DNA of 64,000 bases from positions 13,659 to 77,658 of the forward strand of contig CAYSEQ010000001.1 of assembly GCA_964430475.1 (NCBI GenBank), given 5' to 3'. The stretch is from an uncultured Gammaproteobacteria bacterium (GTDB lineage Bacteria > Patescibacteriota > Microgenomatia > UBA8517). The translations under genes and the position numbers were made by a program. Under the pieces are notes generated by a model. That model made no database searches. It was not told where the DNA came from and was given only the letters and a program-made list of their open reading frames with translations. This document shows positions 26,202-36,435 of the stretch, in pieces. Every line of letters starts with the position of its first letter. Positions within the stretch are counted from its first letter, which is position 1.

Positions 26202-28053
26202 TTAAAGATATTAGTTTTTCTTTGAAGTTAGTTAAAAGTATTGAAAAAATGTTAGGTTTAACAATTTTAACGTAAAATGAAAGAAAAAATAACAACAGCA
26301 TCAAAAACATTAATACTGATTGAAGGATAATAATTTTCCCTTTTTCAGTTGATACTTCTACCTGTTCTCTATCTGCTTTGACTAAAATTGAATTCGGAAT
26401 TTTTTTAGCCATTAAGCCTGTGGGGATACTGATTTCTTTTTGGAATTTTGCAAAAGGAGGAAGCAAGGCTAGATTGAAAGATAGTTTTTGGTCTCCGATG
26501 ATGATTTCAGGATTAACTTTGTAAAGCGCTGATGGACCAGTATTAGTTATGATGATTTTGAATTTTTTGGTAGATAAAGGTAAAAAGCTTGTAGGTAAAA
26601 TCTTTATCTCAAGGCTACTTAATCTCTCTTTTGGCAACTCTCCGAGTTCAACAAATACATCCTTTTGGGCATCGTTTAATGTCTTGTATGTCCCGGCGGG
26701 TTTGGGTTCGTAAGGATTTAACCCGTGGATTACAAAGGTGATGTGGTTTAAATCAAAGTTGTTAAAATAGTCAAGTCCGGAAGTGGCACCCCATGTAGGA
26801 TCTACCGCTACCCATGTTTTTGTTTTTTCGTCCCAATATTCAGGCCAGGCATGAAGTACATCCGCTACCAAAGAAAGTGGTTTTAGGATGGGATTGTCGG
26901 AATATGCAAATCCGTTAATTTCTCTTGCGGGGATTCCGTTCGCACGCGCTAGCGCTATGAATAAATCGGTAAACTCGGTGCAAAGGAAAGAGTTGGGATT
27001 TTTGAGCGCGTCCTTTGCTCCCAAACGTGAGGGATCAGAGTTTAGTCTTTCGTAATTATATTTGAAATTATTTACAAGATATCTGTAGATTGATTCTGGG
27101 GTCTTTAAGGAACTTGCGAGATTTTTAATTTCAGGATCATTTGACTGCCAAGTTTGTGTAGGTTTTGTGTTGTTGATAAGGTTCATATTTGGAGTTAGGT
27201 TTTCGTTAACTGGTTTGGAAAAAACTTGTGCTACTGCTTCTGCGTTAACTGTTAATGTTTGTTTTGGGTTAAGACTATAGATTGCTAGCCAATTTCCGTC
27301 TTCATCAACCTTTATATCTTCCGGCAAAGGCTCGATTTTTTGGTAGTAGACTTTTTGAAGGAATGTATCTGGTGGAAGAGCAATTTCTATATCTTTTTTA
27401 TCGCTTGAGTTATTTTCAAGGTGGTATGTAAGTTTAAGTTTATATACCTGGTAGTTGCCAAATACTATTAAGATTCCTTGGTTAACAACATCCTCTTTCT
27501 CGAATTTGTAATTTATTTTTTTATTACTGTATTCTATTTTTCTTGGGCTTGGATTCACAAAAGCTTCGGCACCGAATTCTTGAGGAACAGAGATTGTCAC
27601 CTTATAGTTTTTGAACTCTTCATAATTTTCTAGTTTTGGTATTCTTATTTCCCTTACCTCTCCTAATTTTTCCGCAATAGTTTCATCTTCATAAGTAACG
27701 ATAAATGTTCTTGATGCGCCCTTTCCCACAACAGGTTTTTCAAAATCGATTGTCAGATCTACTACATTATTTTTCGTCTCCCTAAAAAAGTTTAGAGTTC
27801 TTCCTTGTTCATATACCTTTATATTTTTAGGATTTAGTCCAGAGATTCTGAAAATGAAACTTCGAGAATAGAATTCAGGAATATTGTTGATAATTGTAAT
27901 GGTATTTGTTACTTTTGTTGTTCCGTTCAAATCGATCTGGTATTCAATGTTTGCGGTAACTGTGAAGTTTTCTTGAGCGTTTGCTTTTTTGGAAAACGAA
28001 ATCAAAAGGATAAAAAAAAGTAGAATGATTTTTCGCATTTTTCTTAAAATCAA
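26164..28053 (-). CDS. Secreted transglutaminase-like cysteine-protease-fold protein
   Basis: 629 aa with a signal peptide. Core is ...CTEFTDLFIALARANGIPAREINGFA...HAWPEYWD...WVAVDPTWG (Cys/His/Asp). A C-terminal TM is present. Confidence 0.55.
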   Translation of the reverse strand: MILRKMRKIILLFFILLISFSKKANAQENFTVTANIEYQIDLNGTTKVTNTITIINNIPEFYSRSFIFRISGLNPKNIKVYEQGRTLNFFRETKNNVVDLTIDFEKPVVGKGASRTFIVTYEDETIAEKLGEVREIRIPKLENYEEFKNYKVTISVPQEFGAEAFVNPSPRKIEYSNKKINYKFEKEDVVNQGILIVFGNYQVYKLKLTYHLENNSSDKKDIEIALPPDTFLQKVYYQKIEPLPEDIKVDEDGNWLAIYSLNPKQTLTVNAEAVAQVFSKPVNENLTPNMNLINNTKPTQTWQSNDPEIKNLASSLKTPESIYRYLVNNFKYNYERLNSDPSRLGAKDALKNPNSFLCTEFTDLFIALARANGIPAREINGFAYSDNPILKPLSLVADVLHAWPEYWDEKTKTWVAVDPTWGATSGLDYFNNFDLNHITFVIHGLNPYEPKPAGTYKTLNDAQKDVFVELGELPKERLSSLEIKILPTSFLPLSTKKFKIIITNTGPSALYKVNPEIIIGDQKLSFNLALLPPFAKFQKEISIPTGLMAKKIPNSILVKADREQVEVSTEKGKIIILQSVLMFLMLLLFFLSFYVKIVKPNIFSILLTNFKEKLISLNGEIRTKIFQQK

Positions 28054-28069
28054 CTTTTTAGATTGTTAA

Positions 28070-31000
28070 TCAGTTTGAAAATCTTTTAAGAAACAACCCA
28101 GTATAAGAATTTTTATAGCTTTTAATATCATCTACTTCGCCTTGAGCTACTATATATCCTCCATTTTTCCCTCCTTCAGGGCCCAAATCAATGATCCAGT
28201 CAGCGTTTCTTATAACATCTAAGTTATGCTCGATTACAATGACTGTATTACCACGGCTAACCAGAATTTTAAGAACTTTTATCAGATTTTCTACATCTAG
28301 AAAATGCAGTCCAGTGGTTGGTTCATCTAAAATATAAAGCGTTTTTCCTGTTTCTTTTTTCGAAAGCTCAGCAGCAAGTTTTACGCGTTGAGCCTCGCCT
28401 CCGGAAAGAGTTGTTGCTGGCTGACCAAGTTGAATATATCCAAGTCCTACCGCCTTTAAGGTTTTGAGTTTTGAAATTATTGGACTATAGCCGTGGAAAA
28501 ATTCCAACGCTTCGTCCACAGATAAATTCAGAACTTCTGCGATGTTTTTCCCTCTGAATGTAATCTCTAAAGTTGATTGGTTATATCTTAAACCCTTACA
28601 TGTCTCGCAAGTTATCCAAATATCACTCATCAACTGCATCTCGATCTTAATTTGGCCTTGACCTTCGCAAGTTTCGCAACGCCCTCCTTTAATGTTAAAA
28701 GAAAATCTACCCTTTCGAAAACCCGAAGCTTTTGACTCGCGAGTTTGAGCAAAGACTTCTCTTATTAAATCAAAGACTTTGGTGTAAGTTGCTGGATTGC
28801 TCCTTGGGGTCCTACCGATGGGAGATTGATCAATTAAAATTACTTTGTTGATATTTTCAACTCCTTCAATCTTTTTGTAATTTCCGCTTTGACCTCTAAA
28901 CCTTGGGTTTAAATACGATTCAAGAGCAGGATATAAAGTTTCTACAACCAATGTTGACTTTCCGCTTCCAGAAACGCCCGTTACCGCAATAAGCTTTCCC
29001 AAGGGAAAAGAGACATCGATGTTTTTAAGATTATGCTGCGAACAACCATATAATGTAATTAGTGAATTTTTGGAAATTTTTTGCGGGGTAGACGTGTTTC
29101 TTTTAAATGCTTTGAAATCTGTTTGCTGATTAGTCTGTTGAGTATTTAAGCTTATGCCGTTTTTTAAATCAATTTTTCTTTTCCCTGATAAATACTGCCC
29201 TGTAATGGATCTTGGGTTTTCTAAAATTTCTTGAGGGGTACCTGTTGCAACTATTTCACCTCCAAATTTTCCGGCACCAGGTCCAAAATCCACTACAAAA
29301 TCAGACTCCTGTATCGTTTGTTTGTCGTGTTCTACTACTATTACTGTGTTGCCTAAATCCCTTAATGTCTTAAGAGTATTTATTAGTCTTTCGTTATCAC
29401 GCTGATGAAGGCCAATCGTGGGTTCATCAAGGACATAAAGAACTCCGGTTAGACCTGATCCTATTTGTGATGCTAACCTTATTCTCTGGGCCTCTCCAGC
29501 CGAAAGTGTTGATGAGGCTCGGTCAAGAGTCAAATAACCCAGTCCAACGGATATGAGAAAGTTTACTCTTGTTAATATTTCTTTTAAGATAAGATTTGCG
29601 ATTTCTTTTTCTTTTAAGCTTAAAGAGGTTGAAGAATCGCTCATTAATTTTTCAATCCATTCTTTAAGTTTATCAATAGGTAATAAAACTACATCGGATA
29701 TAGACAATCCATCTACAGTTATCCCAAGTGCTTCTTTTTTGAGCCGTGTTCCTTCGCATTTAGGACAGACTTTCTCCCTCATAAATTTTTGGATTTCGTT
29801 TCTTACCCATTCAGATTCTGTTTCTGAATATCTTCTTTCTAATTCGTTAACAAAACCCGTGAATATCTCGTAAATGTATGTCCACCTCCCAAAGCGGTTT
29901 GTTCCTTCCACTTTATATTCTCGTGAACCAGTACCATAAAGAAGAATCTCTTTTTGCTTACTTGATAAATACTTGATTGGAGTTCTTGTATCTATTCCGT
30001 GTTCCTCACACACCTTTTGTACGAGTCTGCTAAACCAAGTTTCTCTCTCAAAAAGGCTTGAGAATGGTAAGATTCCACCACCCCTTATTGAAAGTTGTTC
30101 TTGAAAGATTAAGTTTGGATCTACTTTTAGTATTTTGCCAATTCCCGAGCACTCATCACATGCACCAAGGGGTGAATTGAATGAAAAAGTTCTGGGTTCT
30201 ATTTCGGCTAAGTTAATATTGTCTATAGGGCAGGCAAAACGTTCTGAGAAAAGATAGTCTGAGAAATTTTTGGGGAACTCCGGTAGCTCAAGGGATTTGT
30301 CCAAGATTTCTGAAATTATAACCTTGCCATCCGAGAGAGAAATCGCTTTTTCAATTGAATCGGAAAGTCTTCCTCTTAGATTTTCTAAAAAAATCCTATC
30401 CTTAAGATCTTTTTCCGAAAAAGAAATTCTATCAATTATTGCTTCAATAGTGTGTTTGTTTGTTTTAATAAGTACAAAATCTTCAGACAAATCTTTTACA
30501 AAGCCATCAATTCTTGCTTTGACTATTCCTTTTGCCTTAAGATTGGCGAAAAGTTGGGTAAACTCGCCTTTTTTTCCTACTACAATTGGTGAAAGAATTA
30601 AAAATCTAAAAGCCCTTTTTTCTTTGGTTTTGGTTTTGATTAGCTCAATAACCGCATTTACAATTTCATCAAGGGTCTGACTTGAAATTTCTCTTCCACA
30701 GACAGGACAGTGAGGATGCCCGATCCGAGCAAAAAGAAGTCTTAAATAATCATAGATTTCCGTACTTGTTCCTACCGTTGATCTAGGATTGTGGGATATA
30801 CTTTTTTGGTCAATTGAAATTGAGGGGGATAATCCTTCAATTAAATCCACATCGGGCTTTTCCATCACACCCAAAAACTGTCTTGCGTAAGAAGATAGAC
30901 TCTCAACATATCTTCTTTGTCCCTCGGCATAAATCGTATCGAAAGCAAGCGAACTTTTTCCGCTTCCCGATACACCCGTAAAGCAGACTAGTTTGTTTTT

Positions 31001-31087
31001 GGGAATTTCAAGGTTAATGTTTTTGAGATTGTGTTGCCTTGCTCCTCTTATTTTTATTACATTTTCCATAGAATTAAACCACAACAA
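28070..31087 (-). CDS. uvrA: Excinuclease ABC subunit A
   Basis: 1005 aa with two ABC ATPase modules ([20 protein letters not shown]), zinc-finger Cys clusters and LSGGEAQR signatures. Confidence 0.95.
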   Translation of the reverse strand: MLWFNSMENVIKIRGARQHNLKNINLEIPKNKLVCFTGVSGSGKSSLAFDTIYAEGQRRYVESLSSYARQFLGVMEKPDVDLIEGLSPSISIDQKSISHNPRSTVGTSTEIYDYLRLLFARIGHPHCPVCGREISSQTLDEIVNAVIELIKTKTKEKRAFRFLILSPIVVGKKGEFTQLFANLKAKGIVKARIDGFVKDLSEDFVLIKTNKHTIEAIIDRISFSEKDLKDRIFLENLRGRLSDSIEKAISLSDGKVIISEILDKSLELPEFPKNFSDYLFSERFACPIDNINLAEIEPRTFSFNSPLGACDECSGIGKILKVDPNLIFQEQLSIRGGGILPFSSLFERETWFSRLVQKVCEEHGIDTRTPIKYLSSKQKEILLYGTGSREYKVEGTNRFGRWTYIYEIFTGFVNELERRYSETESEWVRNEIQKFMREKVCPKCEGTRLKKEALGITVDGLSISDVVLLPIDKLKEWIEKLMSDSSTSLSLKEKEIANLILKEILTRVNFLISVGLGYLTLDRASSTLSAGEAQRIRLASQIGSGLTGVLYVLDEPTIGLHQRDNERLINTLKTLRDLGNTVIVVEHDKQTIQESDFVVDFGPGAGKFGGEIVATGTPQEILENPRSITGQYLSGKRKIDLKNGISLNTQQTNQQTDFKAFKRNTSTPQKISKNSLITLYGCSQHNLKNIDVSFPLGKLIAVTGVSGSGKSTLVVETLYPALESYLNPRFRGQSGNYKKIEGVENINKVILIDQSPIGRTPRSNPATYTKVFDLIREVFAQTRESKASGFRKGRFSFNIKGGRCETCEGQGQIKIEMQLMSDIWITCETCKGLRYNQSTLEITFRGKNIAEVLNLSVDEALEFFHGYSPIISKLKTLKAVGLGYIQLGQPATTLSGGEAQRVKLAAELSKKETGKTLYILDEPTTGLHFLDVENLIKVLKILVSRGNTVIVIEHNLDVIRNADWIIDLGPEGGKNGGYIVAQGEVDDIKSYKNSYTGLFLKRFSN

Positions 31088-31160
31088 AATTCCCAGCGGA
31101 TGGTACCGTGGTTTATTGTAGATTATAGCAAATTATGTCTTAATTAGTGTTTGAAGTAGG

Positions 31161-31472
31161 TTAAAGAGTAGGAATCTCAAAATTTAGAAGATCTACACCA
31201 AAGAAGTTACTAACTAGGCCAAGAAGTGCCCATGTTGAAAAAACGATAACGATTCCGATAAGTGAATTAACTAAATGTCTTTTGGATTCGTCTAGCTTCT
31301 CTTTATTACCTCCAGATAAAATAATTTTTATACCACCAGTTAGAATGCTAAAGACAAAAATAATTGCGGCAAAAATAAGGCTTAAGTTTATAAACGCACT
31401 AATAATTCCGCTTAAAGTAATTTCGGAAAGTGGGGTAAATTGACCTTTCGGTAAGATTATTATTTGTTCCAT
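31161..31472 (-). CDS. Small two-TM membrane protein (possibly pilin-like)
   Basis: 103 aa with two hydrophobic helices. No firm family. Confidence 0.3.
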   Translation of the reverse strand: MEQIIILPKGQFTPLSEITLSGIISAFINLSLIFAAIIFVFSILTGGIKIILSGGNKEKLDESKRHLVNSLIGIVIVFSTWALLGLVSNFFGVDLLNFEIPTL

Positions 31473-31731
31473 ATTTTGTAATTATTGATTTTTTAACTGA
31501 AACAAAATTATATTGCTTTGGCTTTTTAATATCTATTTTTTCAGTTTGTAATCTATTATAAAAATTTTAGGTTAGGAGTCAAAGCTAATCAAAAAAATAG
31601 ATAGAAACTAATGAAATGTAAAACTTAAAAAAGCTACTCTAAAACCTACAGGTGCGAATGTAAGACACCTGACGGGTGGTTAATTTTATCCAGACGCCTC
31701 AACCAGCTGTGTACAGTTTTGACTCTAAAGA

Positions 31732-33810
31732 TTATAAAGAGTTTTCTATTTCTTTAATTTTGTCTCTAATTTCTGCTGCAAGCTCAAAATTCAAATCCTG
31801 TGCTGCAAGCCGCATTTCTCTCCGAAGTTTTACTATAAGTTTTCTTTTATCCATTGGTGTGAGAGATTCAATCTCAATTTCGGGAAGAAAACTAGCTACC
31901 TTTTCTTTAGTCTGAACCATTTTTAAAAGAAAGTTCTCTTCCTCGTATTCAATTAGTTTTTCCCTGATTGGTTTTTTGATAGATCGGGGTTTTATGTTGT
32001 ATTTCTTATTCATTTCTAACTGGTATTTTCTTCGTCTTTCCACTTCTGAAATTGCTCTTTTTATAGATCCAGTGATATTATCTGCATAAAGAATTACCCT
32101 TCCTTCAACATGTCTTGCTGCTCGTCCCATTGTTTGGACAAGGGAAACTTCAGAACGCAAGAATCCTTCTTTGTCAGCGTCCAAAATTGCAACCAAGGAG
32201 ACCTCAGGTAAGTCAAGTCCCTCGCGCAAAAGGTTGACCCCTACAATAACATCGTATTTCCCTCGTCTTAGGTCATCCAAAATATCCGTTCTTTCAAGGG
32301 TATCTATATCGGAATGCAGATAGTGAACCTTTATACCCCGCTCACGCAAATATTGGCTTAAATCCTCTGCGGTTTTTTTGGTTAAAGTAGTCACCAATGC
32401 CCTTTGTTTCTTTTTTGCGGTTTTTTTAATCTCCGAGATTACATCAGATACCTGATTTTTTGTGCTTCTTATAATAATTTCTGGATCAGGAATTCCAGTT
32501 GGCCTTAAGAGTTGCTCAACAATTCCATTTCTTGAAACATTTTTAGGAATATAGACATGCTTTCTTTTAAGCTCATTTATTGATTCCCTTGCCATCCTTT
32601 TCTCCCATTCTGAGGGTGTTGCAGATGTTGCGATAAAATTTGGAATCCTTCGCATGAACTCGTCAAATGTTAAAGGCCTATTATCAAACGCTGCCGGAAG
32701 CCTAAAACCATATTCCACGAGAACCTGTTTTCTTGATATATCGCCGTTATACATCCCTCGAATTTGTGGAAAAGTAATATGGCTTTCGTCAACAATGGTG
32801 AGCCATTTGTCTTTGTAAGGTTCTCTAAAGTAATCAAGGAGGGTGTAAGGAGGTTCTCCGGGTTTTCTACCATCAAAATATCTTGAATAATTTTCAATTC
32901 CTTTGACATATCCTATTTCTTTAATCATCTCAAGATCGTATTCAACCCTTGTTTTAAGTCTATTTGCTTCAAGAATTTTTCCTTGCTTCATAAACCAATT
33001 AACTCTCTCTTCGCAATCTTTTCTTATTTGATCAAATAAGTCACGGTTTTTATTAGGATCGGTAATGTAATGTTTTGCGGGATAAAGAATAAAGTTTTGT
33101 ATTGTGGGTAAAATCAGTTTTCCGGATATGGGATTGATAATTTTGATTTGCTTAAGCTCATTTAGATCAAGTTCAAGCCTAACACCTTCATCTTGGTAGG
33201 CAGGATAGATATCTATAATGTCACCCATAACCCTGAATGTGCCTCTGTGAAAGCCAAAATCCGCCCTTTCGTATTGAAGTTCCAAAAGTCTATCAATTAT
33301 TTGTTCACGGGTAATTTTGACACCCTTTGAAAGTTCGAGGACAAAATGCCCATACTCTCTTGGAGATCCTATATTGTAGATACACGAGACGGATGCAACA
33401 ACTATTGTGTCGTTTCTTGTAAGAAGGTTGGTTGTTGCCTGAAGTCTTAATTTATCAATAAGCTCGTTAATATCTGCGTCTTTTTCTATATAGGTGTCTG
33501 TTGAAGGGATGTATGCCTCGGGTTGATAGTAGTCGTAATAAGAGACAAAATAGGAAACTGCGTTTTCAGGGAAAAAACTTTTAAATTCTTGATAAAGCTG
33601 TGAAGCTAAAGTTTTATTGTGAGAAATAATTAAGGCAGGCATTTGAAGGCGTTCAATAACATTTGCGACTGTAAATGTCTTTCCAGAGCCCGTTATTCCC
33701 AATAGAACTTGGTATTTAACGCCACTTTTAATCCCCTCCACTAAGGCATTTATTGCCCTTTCTTGGTCAAATGTTGGTTTGAAGTCTGAGTAGAGCTTAA
33801 ACCTTGGCAT
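31732..33810 (-). CDS. uvrB: Excinuclease ABC subunit B
   Basis: 692 aa. GITGSGKTFT Walker A, helicase motifs, and a C-terminal UvrB/UvrC interaction coiled-coil. Confidence 0.95.
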   Translation of the reverse strand: MPRFKLYSDFKPTFDQERAINALVEGIKSGVKYQVLLGITGSGKTFTVANVIERLQMPALIISHNKTLASQLYQEFKSFFPENAVSYFVSYYDYYQPEAYIPSTDTYIEKDADINELIDKLRLQATTNLLTRNDTIVVASVSCIYNIGSPREYGHFVLELSKGVKITREQIIDRLLELQYERADFGFHRGTFRVMGDIIDIYPAYQDEGVRLELDLNELKQIKIINPISGKLILPTIQNFILYPAKHYITDPNKNRDLFDQIRKDCEERVNWFMKQGKILEANRLKTRVEYDLEMIKEIGYVKGIENYSRYFDGRKPGEPPYTLLDYFREPYKDKWLTIVDESHITFPQIRGMYNGDISRKQVLVEYGFRLPAAFDNRPLTFDEFMRRIPNFIATSATPSEWEKRMARESINELKRKHVYIPKNVSRNGIVEQLLRPTGIPDPEIIIRSTKNQVSDVISEIKKTAKKKQRALVTTLTKKTAEDLSQYLRERGIKVHYLHSDIDTLERTDILDDLRRGKYDVIVGVNLLREGLDLPEVSLVAILDADKEGFLRSEVSLVQTMGRAARHVEGRVILYADNITGSIKRAISEVERRRKYQLEMNKKYNIKPRSIKKPIREKLIEYEEENFLLKMVQTKEKVASFLPEIEIESLTPMDKRKLIVKLRREMRLAAQDLNFELAAEIRDKIKEIENSL

Positions 33811-33854
33811 CCTTTAATTATAGTATCCGATGACAAGAAAGAATTTTTAAAAAA

Positions 33855-35501
33855 TTATTGAGATTGAGGATTGGATTTTGTTTTTATTTCTAAAAGATTT
33901 TTTACCGCCCTTTTCCATCTCCAAGGAGCTTCTAACGATAGAAATCCTATCGCTTCTTCAATTGAATAACCTGAATTTAGCAAACGATCAAAGGCTTCAA
34001 CCCCTTCTCTTATTTTTGAATTGTATTCTGAAATAAGGATTTTATTTACTAAGCCTCTTACCCTAAATTTCGGAATTTTACCCCCTTTGTAGTTTATTAT
34101 TGACTCTCTTAATTTACGGCTATAGTCGTAAGATATGCTGTTACCTGTAAGAATTTTAATAATTTCTTCTGAAGAGTAGTTTTGATCTCTCTTGTAAGCA
34201 AATATTTCATATTTTGCTTCTAGAAGATATTTTTTTTGGTATTTTTTCAAGTAATCTGTTAGCCAACTTAGTGCTTGTGCAGAATCTGGTGATTTATCTT
34301 GGATATCTTCCAAAGATGGGATTTCGGAAAAGTTAGGGAAATGTCGGATCTCCAACCACATTAGGAAAAAGTCAATAACATGTTGCTGTTCATGTCTTAA
34401 AGGTATTTCAAAGTCTACATCGCGTGTTAAATCAATGATGATTACCTTATTGTTAAGTGGGGCAAATTTTGTTGCTGTTAATACAGCTCCAGCTGCTTTT
34501 TCTGATTCTCCTTTTGAACTTTTAAAGACCCTTATAAAGTCTTCACGATTTCTGAATTTAAAAACTATAGCAATTTGCCATTTTTCTAGTTCAACAGCTC
34601 CTTTTGGTCTTACACCGGTCAACCTTTCACAAAAATCTTCAGGCGTTTCATTTGGTAATGGAATTCTTTTAATCATTTCGCGAGTTGCAATATAGTTGTC
34701 AATAAAGTATTCTACTGTTTCAATATGTTTTTCAGGAAAACCGTAACGGCTTCTATAAGTTTCAACCACATCAATAAGATTCACTCGAGAAATCTCAGGG
34801 TCGAATGTAATATCCTGAACGATTCTTTGTCTTAATTTAGCCCATCCTTCGCGCTGATAGTAAAGTTTTTCTTTGAAGGATTCAAGTAATCTCTTTCTTG
34901 CTTTATGATCGGTTTTTAGGAGATTTTTCATCTCTTCGTCAGAATCAAAAATTTCACCCTCGCGAATTGGTGCTTTTCCGTAAAGATTGGGATCAGATTC
35001 TGAAAAATACAAACTTTGTTGTCTTTGATATTCTTGTTTAGAAAGCGTAAGCTTGGCATTTTGGATGTTTTTTAGAATTTTTAGTCTTCTAAAAGAATAA
35101 GGTGGGAGTCTTTCAGTAGACCCTATTTCATAATATGGGATAAAAGTTCCTTGTTCTTCCTCATCTTCAAGCATTGCTCTAATCATCTGGCGGTAATTTT
35201 TAAGTCTTATATTAAAATCGAAAGTCTTAGTAAGATTCCCTGTATCAGGGTCTATAACCTCTTCTGGAAAACCTAATTCAGACACACAAAGTTCACAGGC
35301 TCTTGCTCTTAAGTCCGCAATCTGCTCTTCAGTTGAGAAAAATGTGAGTTCTGGACTTTTGTTGGGATCGAAAAGGTTTGGTGAATATGTAAAGTATCTT
35401 CTTCTAATGCCGAATTCCTTTTCTAATTGTTCAAGTTCTCTTCTTATTTCATCTTCTCTTTCTAGATCGTAAATTTGGGAATGTATACCTTCTTCTTCCA
35501 T
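33855..35501 (-). CDS. Hypothetical soluble protein (548 aa) divergent from lexA
   Basis: No motif recognised. It is transcribed divergently from lexA, across repeat copy B. Confidence 0.35.
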   Translation of the reverse strand: MEEEGIHSQIYDLEREDEIRRELEQLEKEFGIRRRYFTYSPNLFDPNKSPELTFFSTEEQIADLRARACELCVSELGFPEEVIDPDTGNLTKTFDFNIRLKNYRQMIRAMLEDEEEQGTFIPYYEIGSTERLPPYSFRRLKILKNIQNAKLTLSKQEYQRQQSLYFSESDPNLYGKAPIREGEIFDSDEEMKNLLKTDHKARKRLLESFKEKLYYQREGWAKLRQRIVQDITFDPEISRVNLIDVVETYRSRYGFPEKHIETVEYFIDNYIATREMIKRIPLPNETPEDFCERLTGVRPKGAVELEKWQIAIVFKFRNREDFIRVFKSSKGESEKAAGAVLTATKFAPLNNKVIIIDLTRDVDFEIPLRHEQQHVIDFFLMWLEIRHFPNFSEIPSLEDIQDKSPDSAQALSWLTDYLKKYQKKYLLEAKYEIFAYKRDQNYSSEEIIKILTGNSISYDYSRKLRESIINYKGGKIPKFRVRGLVNKILISEYNSKIREGVEAFDRLLNSGYSIEEAIGFLSLEAPWRWKRAVKNLLEIKTKSNPQSQ

Positions 35502-35609
35502 TTATTTTTAAGTATAGCAATAAATCTCTGTCTTAGAATTTGGCTCTTGACAACTTCGGGTTTTATTTGCTACTCTAGTATTGGAAAATTAAATTAAAAG
35601 TTTAAAGTT

Positions 35610-35800
35610 TTAGAATCAAGAATTAAGAATCAAGAATTTTTAATCATTAATCATTTTTTATAATTTTGGATTTTGAAAATTTGAATTTGTTTAGGATTTA
35701 GGATTTAGGATTTGGAATTTTTCTAGGATTTAGCTTGTCTGCCAACTAGGCAGAGATTTAAAATTTAGGGTTTCTTAATCATTAATCATTTTTTGAAAAT
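35610..35800. repeat. AT-rich intergenic repeat element, copy B, directly upstream of lexA
   Basis: Near-identical to 13285-13445 over about 115 nt. Carries the hairpin TCTGCC-N5-GGCAGA at the place where copy A has TTGTCT-N7-AGACAA. Internal 20-bp direct repeat ttaatcattaatcatttttt at ~35641 and ~35776. Confidence 0.6.
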
Positions 35801-35811
35801 TTGATACTTAA

Positions 35812-36435
35812 ATGGCATTAGTAGTTTATTCAAGACAAAAACAAATTTTAGACTTCTTAAGACAGTATATTCAGGCAAATGGGCATGCACCAAAACTTAA
35901 AGAGATAGCTGAAGCTTTGGGTGTCTCTTCGTTGGCTACTGTCCATGAGCATTTAACCACCCTTGAAAGTAAGGGGCTAATTAAAAGAAAAATCGGAAAA
36001 AATAGAGCCATAGAAATAGTTGGAGAAGATGTAAAACACTCTCCGGAAGGTGTGGAAGTTCCAATTCTAGGCTATATTGCGGCAGGTTCACCCATTGAAC
36101 CCTATACTGATCCTAACGCTTCGATGGATATACCTAGTAGTTTCGTTTCAGGCAAAAAAAGAACTTATGTCCTTCAGGTTAGAGGAGATTCAATGATTGA
36201 AGAGCAGATAAGAGACGGGGATTATGTGATTGTTGAACAAACAGAACAGGCAAATGATGGCGATATAGTCGTAGCGCTTCTTGATAATGGAATGGCCACA
36301 CTCAAAAGATTCTTTAAAGAAACAACCAGGGTAAGGCTAGAGCCTGCAAATGCCAAGATGCAGCCAATTTTTGTCAAAAATGTACGAATTCAGGGTAAGG
36401 TTGTGGGTTTGATTCGAAGTTATACGAGAAATTAA
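35812..36435 (+). CDS. lexA: LexA repressor
   Basis: 207 aa with an N-terminal winged HTH and a C-terminal S24 peptidase (VLQVRGDSMIEEQIRDGDYVIV...GDIVVALLDNGMATLKRF). Confidence 0.9.
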   Translation: MALVVYSRQKQILDFLRQYIQANGHAPKLKEIAEALGVSSLATVHEHLTTLESKGLIKRKIGKNRAIEIVGEDVKHSPEGVEVPILGYIAAGSPIEPYTDPNASMDIPSSFVSGKKRTYVLQVRGDSMIEEQIRDGDYVIVEQTEQANDGDIVVALLDNGMATLKRFFKETTRVRLEPANAKMQPIFVKNVRIQGKVVGLIRSYTRN

